Counted from the first letter of the stretch, positions 29,716 to 40,559 are shown. The stretch is 64,000 nucleotides of DNA from a bacterium (GCA_009927045.1 RFNT01000062.1:3971-67970); one strand, 5' to 3'. The notes: a model not told the origin generated them from the letters alone. Made by a program: numbers and translations.

Positions 29716-30550
29716 TTTGTTCTGGTCGTTAAGCGCCTGGAGCTTTAGCTTTGAACTCACGAAACCCAAGATCCAAGTTGGAGAATCTACTTTCCTAAAA
29801 ATCCACCTTCCTTTAAACGGAAACTCCCAACGCCCTATTATTTTCGATGATTTGCTCACGCAAAATAAGAATCTTAAACTTCTGGAGCACCAGATTGTAA
29901 AAACTGATTCAGAATATGAAATCAGTTTTGAACTCACTGCTCACAGTTCCAAAAAAGTTTCAATCCCTCCTATTCAAATCCAGTTAGGCCCCGATACATT
30001 TTCAACCGAAACACTTGCCTTAGAGGTTTGGTCCTCTCGAGATCCTAATGACACGGAAATTCGTGCGGAGTTTGAACCCCTTCAGCTTCCTATTCCATGG
30101 AAGAAACTTTTTAGTTACTTTATATGGTCAATCAGCGGACTTTGCTTTTTCTGGATTCTTCGAAGAACTTTTTCTCGCATTCCGTGGAAACGGCTATCAC
30201 TCCAACTTCATGCTGTCAAAATGCCTAATTTGGAAAGCAACCGAATGTGGCTCAAAAGACAACTCAAACGCATCCGTTCAGAAAGGCAAAATCGAGCGAA
30301 CCCCCTCGTGCTCGCAGATGACTTGAGCTTTGTGCTTAAAACATTTCTTGAACGTCAAACCCACACTCCAGCACTTTCTTGGACCGCCCAGGAAATCGTA
30401 GCGCAATTGCCTCAACTAACTGCACGCCCAGGTAGAAGAACCGTATTGGCTCATATCGATTCCGTGAGATATCAGCCCAAACAAGGAATGACTTACGAGG
30501 CTGTCATCGATGAACTGATTGATCAGGTAGAAAAGGAATTCTTGAAATGA
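29705..30550 (+). CDS. Hypothetical membrane protein in the bat operon (signal peptide, extracytoplasmic domain, one TM helix, basic tail)
   Basis: Located between DUF58 and batA. 'LFSYFIWSISGLCFFWIL' is a TM helix. I preferred the internal start 'MNANLFWSLSAWSF'. Confidence 0.4.
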   Translation: MNANLFWSLSAWSFSFELTKPKIQVGESTFLKIHLPLNGNSQRPIIFDDLLTQNKNLKLLEHQIVKTDSEYEISFELTAHSSKKVSIPPIQIQLGPDTFSTETLALEVWSSRDPNDTEIRAEFEPLQLPIPWKKLFSYFIWSISGLCFFWILRRTFSRIPWKRLSLQLHAVKMPNLESNRMWLKRQLKRIRSERQNRANPLVLADDLSFVLKTFLERQTHTPALSWTAQEIVAQLPQLTARPGRRTVLAHIDSVRYQPKQGMTYEAVIDELIDQVEKEFLK

Positions 30551-31593
30551 CTCAGTGGCTGTTTCACATGGCTTTTTGGGGATTTTTGCCCCTTCTAGGA
30601 ACTAGCCTCTACTTCGTATTCAAAAGAAAGAGTGAACAGGATTCTCTTTTGGTGCGCATGCCGGGTCCTTGGAGTGAACTCAAGCAACTGATGCGTCGGA
30701 CTCGCTGGGCATTTAGACTTTTGTTCCTTTTACAAATTCTCGCTCTTTCGCTCATGGTGATTGCTCTAGCGCGTCCGATTCGGACCAAAACGCTCATCAA
30801 CAAATCTACTGAGGGCGTTGATATCGCGATTGTTCTCGATGTATCTGAAAGCATGGATGCTGAAGACCTCACTCCCAGCCGGATCCTTGCGGCAAAACAA
30901 GTGATTCGTCAGTTCATAAATCAAAGGCCCAATGATCGTATCGGTTTGGTTGTTTTCGGAGGGGAATCTGTCATGAAGTCGCCTCTCACCCGAGATTTTC
31001 CATTTTTGCTCCAACAAGTAGATAATATTAAGCTGAGAGAACTCAAACAGGGTACAGCTATTGGTTTAGGAATCACAAATGGACTTTCCCGTCTTCGCAA
31101 AAGCCAATCAAAAAACAAACTCATCATTCTTTTGACGGATGGAGACAGCAATGTCGGTTCCGTTAATCCGATGACTGCAGCTAAACTAGCTGCTCAAGAG
31201 GGAATAAAAATTTACACAATTGGAATTGGACAGGAAGATAGAGTGGTAGTTCCTATCTATTCTTATGACTCTCAAGGACAAAAGATGCATTTGATTGCTC
31301 AAGTACCTTCCTACCTGAATCCTCAGCTACTAAAAGAGATTTCGCAACTCACGGGTGGAAAGAGCTACATGGCTCGCGATTCGGGCATGTTGTCCAGAGT
31401 GCTTCAAGAAATCGACAAACTGGAAAAAACCAAAGTGAAGATATCGGCCACGCCCGAGACAGAGGAGTTGTTTTTATATCCAGCTATTCTGGCAACAGTA
31501 CTTATGGCGATTCTCTTTTTATTATCTGAAACTCGATTTCAAAGACGGCTCAAGGAACCATTACGACATGAACTATCAGCTCGCGCAACCTGA
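30547..31593 (+). CDS. batA: BatA-type vWA domain membrane protein
   Basis: N-terminal TM helices followed by the vWA MIDAS motif 'VLDVSESMDAEDLTPSRILAAKQVI'. Confidence 0.8.
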   Translation: MTQWLFHMAFWGFLPLLGTSLYFVFKRKSEQDSLLVRMPGPWSELKQLMRRTRWAFRLLFLLQILALSLMVIALARPIRTKTLINKSTEGVDIAIVLDVSESMDAEDLTPSRILAAKQVIRQFINQRPNDRIGLVVFGGESVMKSPLTRDFPFLLQQVDNIKLRELKQGTAIGLGITNGLSRLRKSQSKNKLIILLTDGDSNVGSVNPMTAAKLAAQEGIKIYTIGIGQEDRVVVPIYSYDSQGQKMHLIAQVPSYLNPQLLKEISQLTGGKSYMARDSGMLSRVLQEIDKLEKTKVKISATPETEELFLYPAILATVLMAILFLLSETRFQRRLKEPLRHELSARAT

Positions 31594-33112
31594 GGCGCTT
31601 TGGGGGTTCATTCCCTTACTTTGCCTCATGATTTATTGGTTATGGAAGAGAAAGCATCGCCCAACTCTATTTTCATGGCGAAGATTTTGGTGTGGAACTC
31701 TGGGTTTCTTTTTTGCTATTTTAGGCCTAGCACGCCCGCAAAGTGGGTCACTTACAGGTATGCCCGAACCCGTTGCTGCCAATCTCATTCTCGCTGTCGA
31801 TATCTCAAACAGCATGCTAGCGGAGGATATTACCCCCAGTCGTTTAGGATTTGCTTCCGCCTTCATCCAACATATCACCGAATCCATGGTTAAACCCCGA
31901 GTAGCGTTGTTTCCATTTGCTGCTTCAGGCTTTCTCCAACTCCCCCTAACAACAGATATCTTTGCCCTCCAGGAATCACTTTCTGCTTTGGAACCCACTG
32001 CAACTTCACACCAAGGAACAGACTATAATGAAATGCTCACCGGCTTGATTTCCAATATCAACCAATTGGAGCAGCAGGCTCAAAATCAACTTGAGGGATG
32101 GCATACGCCCAGAGTCCTGGTCTTTTCAGATGGTGAACCCCAAACTCCTTTGGATGAAACTTTGTTGAAACCGTTCATCGCAAAAAAGATTCCCATTTTC
32201 ACCGTTGGTGTTGGAACTACCGAGGGCAGCACTATCCCAGTAGCAAGCCCCTTCGGAAAGCGAGAGACTCTGAAGGATCCTCACTCGGGACAAACTGTGA
32301 TTACTCGCTTAGATGCTCAACCCTTGCAGGCGATGGCACTTCAAACGGGAGGTGCTTATTTTTCGGCCTCCTATAAGAACATTCCAACTCTGATATCTCA
32401 ACTCAATCAATCTCTGGCTCTTGGAAGAAGAAATTCTCAATTTAAGGTTCAGCAGGAATTGTTTCCGTTCTTTTTGGCTCTGAGTATCCTTTTTTTCTTC
32501 ATCGAGTTTTGCTCCGGTCGTTGGCAGTTTGTAATCCGTGCTCTTATTTTCGTTTTGTTTTGCGGAACTTGGAATCCGGCTCATGCAGAGGACGATCAAA
32601 CCCGCGCGATTGAGGCCTATAATCAAGGGCTCAAAGAAATGTCGCAGGGCAATCTCAACAAAGCTGCTGAACTCTTCGAAGAGAGCACACTCATCTTCCA
32701 AGACAACTCAGATCGGAAGAAAGCACTCTACAATCTAGGAAATACATTTCTCAAAATGGGAGATCCTGAACAAGCTCTTGAGAGCTATCAGAAAGCCTTC
32801 AGAACAGAGGCACGCTCAACAGAATTAGAGAACACTGCTAATCAACGCATTTCAGATAATATGGCATTGGCTGCTCAATTGGTCGAAATGATGAAAAAAC
32901 AGCAGAAGAACCAACCAGGAAATGATGACAAAGACGGCACTAGCGATCCAGGTCAAGACCCCAAGGGCCCGCAACAATTTCAAGGTGAGGCTTTGAATGA
33001 GAGCCAAAAGAAAAAACTCTACGACCTGATTGCAAGCGAAGAAAAAGAAACCCTAAAGCGAATTCGAGAAAAAAACAAAGCCCCCAATTCATCTAACGGT
33101 AAGCCATGGTAA
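31568..33112 (+). CDS. batB: BatB-type vWA domain protein with C-terminal TPR region (BatB/BatC fusion-like)
   Basis: 'LAVDISNSMLAEDITPSRL' vWA motif and C-terminal TPR repeats 'AIEAYNQGLKEMSQGNLNKAAELFEES...'. Confidence 0.8.
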   Translation: MNYQLAQPEALWGFIPLLCLMIYWLWKRKHRPTLFSWRRFWCGTLGFFFAILGLARPQSGSLTGMPEPVAANLILAVDISNSMLAEDITPSRLGFASAFIQHITESMVKPRVALFPFAASGFLQLPLTTDIFALQESLSALEPTATSHQGTDYNEMLTGLISNINQLEQQAQNQLEGWHTPRVLVFSDGEPQTPLDETLLKPFIAKKIPIFTVGVGTTEGSTIPVASPFGKRETLKDPHSGQTVITRLDAQPLQAMALQTGGAYFSASYKNIPTLISQLNQSLALGRRNSQFKVQQELFPFFLALSILFFFIEFCSGRWQFVIRALIFVLFCGTWNPAHAEDDQTRAIEAYNQGLKEMSQGNLNKAAELFEESTLIFQDNSDRKKALYNLGNTFLKMGDPEQALESYQKAFRTEARSTELENTANQRISDNMALAAQLVEMMKKQQKNQPGNDDKDGTSDPGQDPKGPQQFQGEALNESQKKKLYDLIASEEKETLKRIREKNKAPNSSNGKPW

Positions 33113-34362
33113 AAAAGATCTCGATTTCATTTTCGTTTTTTTTAGCAGCTGTCTGCATGGCCGATTCTTTGGAATTTCGCCTTCAGCTTTCCAAACCCAC
33201 TTTTTTCGAGGGAGAAAAAGTGACTGCTACTTTTCTCCTTGAGGCAGATAAAGAAAATGTGATTGAAGTCGAAGTGATCAAATTCCCTGAATTTCGTGGC
33301 TTCTGGAGTGAAAACCTCATGCTCCGACAAGGGCCTATCCACCTCACACCTACCGCTCAGAAGGGGAAATTCGTAGCTGTTATTGGTTCCTATGCTATTC
33401 AGTCCATTTTGGAATACAAAAGCGCTGAAGTCCGACCGATGAAGCTTTTGATCAAAGGCCTCACTCCAGAACCATTCACGTTGGAATCTGTCAGTGTTCC
33501 TAATAGAATTTTATCTCTTCCCCCGATCCCCCCTGCTCTACAAAAAGTTCCCTTTTCAGGAGGTGTTGGTAACTTCGCTCTCTCCGTAGATAACCCGCAA
33601 GTCGTTTTTAGAAAGGGCGAACCTTTTAAGATACGAATCACATTGAGCGGGGAAGGCAACTTTTCTGAAATCAATACGCTTCCTATCCGCCCGCCTGCTG
33701 ACTTCACAACGGTCTCCCAAAATTCATTTCAAGATGCTTTTTTGGGCAGAAGCAGAAAGTTTTTTGATTGGGTTTTCAGTACAGAATCCGATACTGTTCG
33801 ATCTTGGAAAATAGGAAGCTTCTTATTTTTTGATCCCCAATCGAGCCGATATCACGAATTGGAATTACCTGAAATTCAATTTTCCCGTCTGGAGGAGCCT
33901 AGTTTACCGGAGAATCTCCTCCGGAAACAAGCCATCGCATTTGAACCAAAATCAACCTGGTCTAATGGATCCTCTCATTCAATTCTGATAAGCACTTGGA
34001 AAGTGACTTGGGCACTAGCCCTTGCAGCTCTCAGTTGGATTATCTTTTTTCAGCAGAAAATGTTTCGCATCACCCGAGCAGCCGATCCCAAGCGGTGGTG
34101 GAGGGCTCAGAAGAAAAAAGTAGAACACGCTCTCCAAAAGCAGGATTGGTCGACGTTTGTTCCTCTTGCGGCTCAGCTGGTCAGAAAGCATCTATCTGAG
34201 CGAGGATCGCTCCCTGAGAAAGGCCATTTGCTTTTGGAAGCCGATCATCAATTGCGCTTCAGTCCTGACAAAAAACTTCAGCTGTCCCCGGAAATGCTCC
34301 TTCAGATCTGGAGTGAAGTGGCACAAGACCTCGGCGCAAGTTCCCAGGATCCCTCTAAATAA
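33106..34362 (+). CDS. BatD-like oxygen-tolerance protein
   Basis: Signal peptide, a large extracytoplasmic domain, one TM helix 'WALALAALSWIIFF' and a cytoplasmic tail. Its position after batB supports the call. Confidence 0.55.
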   Translation: MVKKISISFSFFLAAVCMADSLEFRLQLSKPTFFEGEKVTATFLLEADKENVIEVEVIKFPEFRGFWSENLMLRQGPIHLTPTAQKGKFVAVIGSYAIQSILEYKSAEVRPMKLLIKGLTPEPFTLESVSVPNRILSLPPIPPALQKVPFSGGVGNFALSVDNPQVVFRKGEPFKIRITLSGEGNFSEINTLPIRPPADFTTVSQNSFQDAFLGRSRKFFDWVFSTESDTVRSWKIGSFLFFDPQSSRYHELELPEIQFSRLEEPSLPENLLRKQAIAFEPKSTWSNGSSHSILISTWKVTWALALAALSWIIFFQQKMFRITRAADPKRWWRAQKKKVEHALQKQDWSTFVPLAAQLVRKHLSERGSLPEKGHLLLEADHQLRFSPDKKLQLSPEMLLQIWSEVAQDLGASSQDPSK

Positions 34363-34482
34363 CTGTTAGTATTCATTTTTTTAATTCTTAGGCAGCTCAC
34401 GCTCTTTACTCCCGGGGGGGTTGACTTCTGTAATCATTTCCATAGGATACAGGGACTAATTTTGTAAGAAAGGGAGTTCCCA

Positions 34483-34701
34483 GTGGCCAGAATTACCGTT
34501 GAAGATTGTTTAGAAAAAATACCCAATCGATTTGAACTCATCCATATTGCTGCCAAACGCGTGAAGCAATTGGCGAAAGGGTCCAAGCCGCTGATCCAGC
34601 ATCCTCACAACAAGCCTGCTGTGATTGCATTGAGAGAGATTGCTGGTGGATCCGTGGCTAAATCTTCGGAGCAAGATATCGACGCTATTGGTGGCGAATA
34701 A
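34483..34701 (+). CDS. rpoZ: DNA-directed RNA polymerase subunit omega
   Basis: '[29 protein letters not shown]' RpoZ signature. GTG start with AAGGGAG 7 nt upstream. Confidence 0.85.
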   Translation: MARITVEDCLEKIPNRFELIHIAAKRVKQLAKGSKPLIQHPHNKPAVIALREIAGGSVAKSSEQDIDAIGGE

Positions 34702-34721
34702 TCAGTCCCCCGCCTAGGATC

Positions 34722-36059
34722 ATGAAAATCAAAGTTTCTTCTACTTCCGCTTTGGTGTTAGGCCTAGCCGCTTTGAGCACTTGGTATGCACTCTACGAGA
34801 AAAAGTATCGCGTCGACCAAGCCAATCTGGAGAAAGAAGCTAAAAATCTGGTTAGTATTTCAAAAGACAATATACAAGAACTTGAAATAACTCATTCCAG
34901 TGGAGAAAAATTCGCTCTAAAAAAAACGGGAACCACTTGGTCCCTAAATTCACCACTGCAAGATCAAGCAGATGAAGGCACTCTGAACTCGCTGCTGAGC
35001 ACCCTCACCTCAGCCCAAGAAGAACGAACGATTGAAGAAAACCCGGCTGATTTAGACGTGTATGGGTTAAAACAACCTGCTGTCACTCTTCGCATAACTC
35101 AAGATGTAAATCGCACTGAGGACTTATTCCTCGGAAACCCCACTCAAGTCGGTTCAAGCGTTTACGTTAAAACTTCAAAAAAGCCAGCAGTGGTTAAAAC
35201 CAACAAATCGCTTCTTTCCGCTTTGCAAAAATCGGCTTTTGAACTTCGGAATAAAAAACTGGTCCCTATTCCAGTTGATGCGGCCCAGGAGATTGAAATT
35301 CAGAATTCGACTGGCCACTACATCCTAAAGTTCTCAGAGAAAAAACAGTGGCTCTTGGCTCGAGATGGCTCTCCCGTCAATAGCCAAGCATGGAGCAAAA
35401 CCTTAAATGCCCTTCTAGATGCCAAGGCAACTGCTGTTGTATCAGAGCAGGCAGACTCAAAAAAATACGGTTTGGATCGCCCTCAAGTGAAAGTGTGGAT
35501 TTCCACCGGGGCAGAAGGGGTTCGCCATCAGGTTTGGTTTTCACAAGTTGCTTCAAGAACTTTTGCCAAGAGAGAGGATAAGCCGTTCATTTATGAAATC
35601 AATTCCGGTTTATTGAAAGAACTGTCTCAAAGTGCAGAGGCCTTCAGAGACACCCACATCGTTTCTTTCAATCGATTTGCAGTTCAAAAAATAAAAATTA
35701 AAAAGGGAGAAGTCGTCACTGAGTTCGTAAAGGATGGAGCGGCTTGGAAACTTGCCAATGGAAAACCAGAGGAAAAAGTAGATGCTAGCAAAGTAGAGGC
35801 CATGCTCACCCAAATTCAGGATGCTCAGCTGAAGCAATGGGTTTCTTCCGGAACCCCTGGGTTTTCCCCGCAACTGAGCGTAGAAATTTTTGAAAATCAA
35901 AACAATCAGGAAGTGCTTTCAGCTCAGTTTGATTTGGCGGCTCCTCAAGGAAATGAACTCTTAGGAAAAAGCTCGTGGCATAAACTTGCCTGGAAAGTAG
36001 GCGTTCAGGCTCTGAATTTAGTCACAACAGATAAAACCAGTTTTTTTGAAAAATCTTAA
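34722..36059 (+). CDS. DUF4340 domain-containing secreted protein
   Basis: N-terminal TM/signal helix followed by repeated DUF4340-like modules; 445 aa. Confidence 0.45.
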   Translation: MKIKVSSTSALVLGLAALSTWYALYEKKYRVDQANLEKEAKNLVSISKDNIQELEITHSSGEKFALKKTGTTWSLNSPLQDQADEGTLNSLLSTLTSAQEERTIEENPADLDVYGLKQPAVTLRITQDVNRTEDLFLGNPTQVGSSVYVKTSKKPAVVKTNKSLLSALQKSAFELRNKKLVPIPVDAAQEIEIQNSTGHYILKFSEKKQWLLARDGSPVNSQAWSKTLNALLDAKATAVVSEQADSKKYGLDRPQVKVWISTGAEGVRHQVWFSQVASRTFAKREDKPFIYEINSGLLKELSQSAEAFRDTHIVSFNRFAVQKIKIKKGEVVTEFVKDGAAWKLANGKPEEKVDASKVEAMLTQIQDAQLKQWVSSGTPGFSPQLSVEIFENQNNQEVLSAQFDLAAPQGNELLGKSSWHKLAWKVGVQALNLVTTDKTSFFEKS

Positions 36060-36073
36060 CGGAAGGAACGGGT

Positions 36074-36868
36074 ATGGCACTGTCATCAATCAAAGGGAAA
36101 TGGGCACTTGTTTTGGGTGCTTCCAGTGGTTTTGGCGAATCTATTTCTCTTCGCTTAGCGGAAGAGGGCGTCAACATTTGCGGCGTTCATCTCGACCGTA
36201 AGGGGACACTGCCTCACGCTGAAGAAGTGATCGCCAAGATCCGGGCCCATGGAGTGCAAGCAGTTTTTTTTAATGGTAACGCCGCAGATAGAGAAAAACG
36301 CCAAGAAGTGATCACTGAACTTTCTCGGGTTGCTCCCCAAGGAATTCATTGCTTAATCCATTCTCTGGCTTTTGGAAGTCTAAAGCCTTTCATCACTAAA
36401 GAAGATAAAGACCATGTCTCTCAGGATGCGTTGGAAATGACTTTAGATGTGATGGCTAACAGTCTGGTTTACTGGACACAAGATCTCTTCAAGAACAATT
36501 TATTAAGTTCCGGCGGACGGATCTTTGCGATGACTTCTTCAGGAGGCACTCGAGTGTGGCCTACTTACGGTCCCGTTTCAGCCGCCAAAGCCGCACTAGA
36601 ATCCCATTGTCGTCAATTAGCTCTGGAGCTTGCCCCCTATCAGATTACCTGCAATGCAGTGAGAGCGGGCGTCACAGATACACCTGCCCTTCGAAAAATT
36701 CCCGGAAACGATGTGATGATTGAAATGGCCCTTCAAAAGAACCCTTACAAGCGACTGACAACACCTGAAGATGTTGCCGATGCGGTGGCTCTTTTACTTC
36801 ATACGGAAGCAGCTTGGATTTCAGGGAATGTCTTGGGAGTCGATGGCGGCGAGGATATCGTAGGCTAA
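36074..36868 (+). CDS. SDR-family oxidoreductase, FabL-like enoyl-[ACP] reductase
   Basis: 'LVLGASSGFGESI' Rossmann motif, 'YGPVSAAKAALESHCRQLALEL' YxxxK, 'CNAVRAGVTDTPAL'. Aligns with B. subtilis FabL. Confidence 0.55.
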   Translation: MALSSIKGKWALVLGASSGFGESISLRLAEEGVNICGVHLDRKGTLPHAEEVIAKIRAHGVQAVFFNGNAADREKRQEVITELSRVAPQGIHCLIHSLAFGSLKPFITKEDKDHVSQDALEMTLDVMANSLVYWTQDLFKNNLLSSGGRIFAMTSSGGTRVWPTYGPVSAAKAALESHCRQLALELAPYQITCNAVRAGVTDTPALRKIPGNDVMIEMALQKNPYKRLTTPEDVADAVALLLHTEAAWISGNVLGVDGGEDIVG

Positions 36869-36874
36869 TCGTTT

Positions 36875-37282
36875 CTACCGGAGCGGCACATTTTTTTCGA
36901 TAAACTGGAGTGTTTTAAATACATTGTGGTCTTCACCCAGCGTGAGCGAAGCTTGTTCTTTGTCATAAGACAGTTGCAACCCTGTATAGACGAATTGAAT
37001 TTTGCGTCGATGGGTTTTCGTGGAAGAAAACACTTGGTAAACAAACTCTAAAGTCGAGGCATCTTCCAGTTCTAATCCAACTCCCTGGTATTCCAGAGCA
37101 GTCAACAACCCAATCACTTTCTCAGCTTGAGCCGAGAGCACAGGAGAAGGTGCCGGCGCTGAATCATCGACGGCTTCCAGAACTGGAGAAATGGAAGCTG
37201 CTTTCTTCTCAGAAGATGACGAGCTGCACCCAATAAGCACTGCCCCTATCCCCAACCCGAGAGCAAAAAGATATTGACTCAT
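36875..37282 (-). CDS. Hypothetical lipoprotein
   Basis: Lipobox 'LIGC' after the signal peptide 'MSQYLFALGLGIGAV'. Confidence 0.5.
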   Translation of the reverse strand: MSQYLFALGLGIGAVLIGCSSSSSEKKAASISPVLEAVDDSAPAPSPVLSAQAEKVIGLLTALEYQGVGLELEDASTLEFVYQVFSSTKTHRRKIQFVYTGLQLSYDKEQASLTLGEDHNVFKTLQFIEKNVPLR

Positions 37283-37383
37283 TGCGCAACCTTTTGACTC
37301 ATAAATGAGAATCTAAAATAAAGAGTTTAGCATAATTATCCGAAAACTAGAGAGTGAACCTGAACTCTTGTCGAGGTTTCGTT

Positions 37384-38514
37384 ATGGCACATTTTATGAA
37401 GCTGTTCTTTTTAATCATCAGTTTTTCTTGCATAGGCTTTGCGAAAACTGAACTCACCATCAAAAAATTTCGCTTTATACATCACAACGATTCTAAATTT
37501 GAACGAATGGTCATCGAGTTTTCAGGACCATCAGTGAATGTTCCTGTAGAAATCAAAACAAATAAAGCAACGAGTCGGGAACGCGACCTCTCCCTCAGTA
37601 TGTCCGACGTTCAACTCGTGGGAGCCATACCGGAAAGTGAGATCAATGAAAGTTTTCAAACCAAAAGAGAATGGAGTGGACCACTCTCTTTTGTAGTAGA
37701 CACGCCTAAAAATGGGTTCAGTATCCGCACTCTGCTCAAAGGGAATGAGAAAGAACTGGACGCTTTTTGGCTTTCAGAACCCACACGCTTGGTGATTGAT
37801 GTTTACCCTAAAACTTCTCCCCGAGCAGGCAATCGGGAAGCCTTGAAGGTTTCTCGTGCTGTGGCTTCTGTAAAAGATGGAAACGCAAAGATGTCCCCTA
37901 AGAAAAAAGCACACTCGCTCTCCGATTCCATTTTTTGTTTTCCAGCAAATTCTCAGCTGGATGCTGCCATTGCTTTTGAACCTTATAAGGGCACCAGCGC
38001 TGTAAAAGTGGATGTTGCAAAACCGGGTGAACCCCTCTCAGATAAGCAAAAAGAAGGCATCGTTTGTTACCCTGCTCACACTCGGGTTCATCCTCAAGTC
38101 AGTTTTGATCCCTCAATGCAAAAAGCGCCTTCTGAAATGGCAAGTCCCGAACCGGTAGCTCAAGCTCCTGTTCCAGCACCTTCTCAGTCTTTATTTGGCT
38201 CTAAGTTGCTGCCAGTGCTTCCTCCTGTGGGTCCAGTAAAATCCGAAGATCAGGAAAAAGCATCCGCACCTGCAGCTGGGGGAGCTCCCGCTGCTGTACC
38301 CAGTTTACTTCCCAGTACCCTCATCCCTGCTCTTCCCAATACTTCCGGAAACGCAGGCACGGCGGACTCTCGAGTCCCAGCGAGTGCTTCAGTGCGATCT
38401 CAGCAATTCAATCCCAAAGTGGATAATAATGCACCGGCTTCACTCGGAGCTTCATTTGATAGAGCGAATAAGGGCGCTGCAAATCCCGCACAGCTTTTAC
38501 CGCCTTTTAAATAG
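37384..38514 (+). CDS. AMIN-domain-containing secreted protein with Pro/Ala-rich C-terminus
   Basis: Signal peptide 'MAHFMKLFFLIISFSCIGFA', an N-terminal AMIN-like domain (..RMVIEFSGP...LVIDVYP) and low-complexity PVPAPS repeats. Confidence 0.45.
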   Translation: MAHFMKLFFLIISFSCIGFAKTELTIKKFRFIHHNDSKFERMVIEFSGPSVNVPVEIKTNKATSRERDLSLSMSDVQLVGAIPESEINESFQTKREWSGPLSFVVDTPKNGFSIRTLLKGNEKELDAFWLSEPTRLVIDVYPKTSPRAGNREALKVSRAVASVKDGNAKMSPKKKAHSLSDSIFCFPANSQLDAAIAFEPYKGTSAVKVDVAKPGEPLSDKQKEGIVCYPAHTRVHPQVSFDPSMQKAPSEMASPEPVAQAPVPAPSQSLFGSKLLPVLPPVGPVKSEDQEKASAPAAGGAPAAVPSLLPSTLIPALPNTSGNAGTADSRVPASASVRSQQFNPKVDNNAPASLGASFDRANKGAANPAQLLPPFK

Positions 38515-38561
38515 GAATTAGGGATTTACCCGGTCAGAAGAAGCAGGCATACTGGTTTCTC

Positions 38562-40559
38562 GTGAGTAAAAAAAAATCTCGAACGTTTCGTTCTCGTAGC
38601 CAAAAAAAGCAAAACCAGCGACGGTCTCGTCCTAGTTCTTTTTCCAAAAAGAATTCGGCCCGGCTCATAGGTCGCATACAAAAAAATCCCCGCGGATTTG
38701 CTTTTGTCATCCCTCACGATTCTCGAATCCAGGATTCATTTGTCCCTCCCCGAGAAGCACGGCTGTTAATGAGTGGCGATATTGTGGAATATCAAACGCT
38801 CCACAAAGGACGCCGCACAGAAGCTCAAATCACTCGGGTGATCGACCGTGCTTGTAAAAAAGTGTTGGGACAAGTTCAAGTCGCTCATCGACACACGTTC
38901 TTACAGACCTCTGAAGGGGACAGTTTTGACTTGGAATTTGATAAAAAGCTCCCCATCGGTACGTGGGTTATTGCGACCATCATCGAATATCCCTCTGAAC
39001 GCCTTCCAGGATTGGCCCGAGTGACTGAAGAATTGGGCATGAAGCTCACTCCCCACCATGATCATCTCATCACTATTTCACGTTTTGGAATCGAAGAACG
39101 TTTTCCAGAAAAAGTACATCAGGAAATTGCGGATCTGCGCTTATTAGCAGAGCGGGAATACCGTTCCCCCTCACCCCAACGCAAGGATCTCAGAGATCTT
39201 CCGTTTGTTACTATTGATGGAGAAGATGCTAAAGACTTCGATGACGCGATTTGCGTTCTGGAGACCTCGGGAGCCGCGTCTCACCGATTATTAGTTGCTA
39301 TTGCCGATGTGAGTTTTTTCGTCAGACCGGGTTCCTTTCTCGATGAGGAAGCCAAGAAGCGGAGTACAAGCATTTACTTTCCAGGATATTGCATCCCCAT
39401 GCTCCCGGAAGGCTTATCGAATGATTTGTGCAGTCTCAATCCTCAAACCGATAAGTTGGTTCTGGTTGCAGATGTCACGTTTGACCGCTCAGGTACCCTC
39501 CTCAGCTTTGATTTTTATGAAGGGGTGATCCGAACCATTGCTCGACTCACTTACACCCAAGTTCATGAATGGTTTCAAGGCAATCATCATGCTCTGCCAT
39601 CCAACTGCCACGCACCCTTGCTCAGGTCCCAACAACTGTTTGAACTGCTCCTTCGCAACAGAAAAGCACGGGGCGTTCTAGATTTTCAACTCCCAGAATG
39701 CCGTTTTAAGTTGGATGCATCAGGAAAGCCATTAGAGGCTGCCCCCTATCCCAACTGGGAGTCTCATCGTTTAATTGAGGAGTTCATGATTACGGCTAAT
39801 ACGGTCGTAGCCCAAGCCCTCAATGAAAAAGGAGCCCCCTCTTTATATCGCGTCCATGAGGCACCTCTGATCGAAAGCTTAGAAGAAATCAATCAACTCA
39901 TGAAAAGTTTAGGACTCAGCTTCATGCTCAAAGAAGTTTCGCCTCAAGCGTTTGCTCATATTCTAGAGAAGACTTCGGGATTGAAGGGAGCTCACACGCT
40001 GCACAAAGCAATTCTGAGAGCTCAAAAACAAGCCCGCTATGAACCCAATCCCAAAGGCCATTTTGGACTCGCCTTGAAAGATTACACTCACTTCACGTCG
40101 CCCATTCGGCGTTATCCGGATTTAATTGTGCACCGCTCCGTCAAAAGCTTCATTCTTCAGGATCAAAAAGCCGATAAGGATAATAACTACGAGGCATTAG
40201 TTCGTTTAGGTGAACTCACTTCTGAGCGGGAGCGCCGAGCAATGGAGGCCGAGCGCTTCATTTCCCGGAGAAAACAGTGCTGGTTTCTTTCGGAACGCAT
40301 CGGTGAGAATTTAAAAGGGATCATCTCGGGCGTGATTGCCAAAGGACTTTTTGTGGAAGCTACTCAATATGCCATTGAAGGATTTGTTCCCATCGAATCC
40401 CTGCCGGGTTTTTATGAGTTTGATGAACGCAAGGCCTGCTTGCGTCGCAGGCCGGGGCACAGCACTCTCAGCGTGGGCGACGCCTTCAAAGTTCAGGTGG
40501 CTTCCGTGAGCGTGGATGACAATGAAATCACTTTTTTCCCAGGGCTCTCATCGCCATGA
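38562..40559 (+). CDS. rnr: Ribonuclease R
   Basis: RNB domain 'FVTIDGEDAKDFDDAICV', a C-terminal S1 domain and a Lys/Arg-rich N-terminal tail. Confidence 0.85.
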   Translation: MSKKKSRTFRSRSQKKQNQRRSRPSSFSKKNSARLIGRIQKNPRGFAFVIPHDSRIQDSFVPPREARLLMSGDIVEYQTLHKGRRTEAQITRVIDRACKKVLGQVQVAHRHTFLQTSEGDSFDLEFDKKLPIGTWVIATIIEYPSERLPGLARVTEELGMKLTPHHDHLITISRFGIEERFPEKVHQEIADLRLLAEREYRSPSPQRKDLRDLPFVTIDGEDAKDFDDAICVLETSGAASHRLLVAIADVSFFVRPGSFLDEEAKKRSTSIYFPGYCIPMLPEGLSNDLCSLNPQTDKLVLVADVTFDRSGTLLSFDFYEGVIRTIARLTYTQVHEWFQGNHHALPSNCHAPLLRSQQLFELLLRNRKARGVLDFQLPECRFKLDASGKPLEAAPYPNWESHRLIEEFMITANTVVAQALNEKGAPSLYRVHEAPLIESLEEINQLMKSLGLSFMLKEVSPQAFAHILEKTSGLKGAHTLHKAILRAQKQARYEPNPKGHFGLALKDYTHFTSPIRRYPDLIVHRSVKSFILQDQKADKDNNYEALVRLGELTSERERRAMEAERFISRRKQCWFLSERIGENLKGIISGVIAKGLFVEATQYAIEGFVPIESLPGFYEFDERKACLRRRPGHSTLSVGDAFKVQVASVSVDDNEITFFPGLSSP

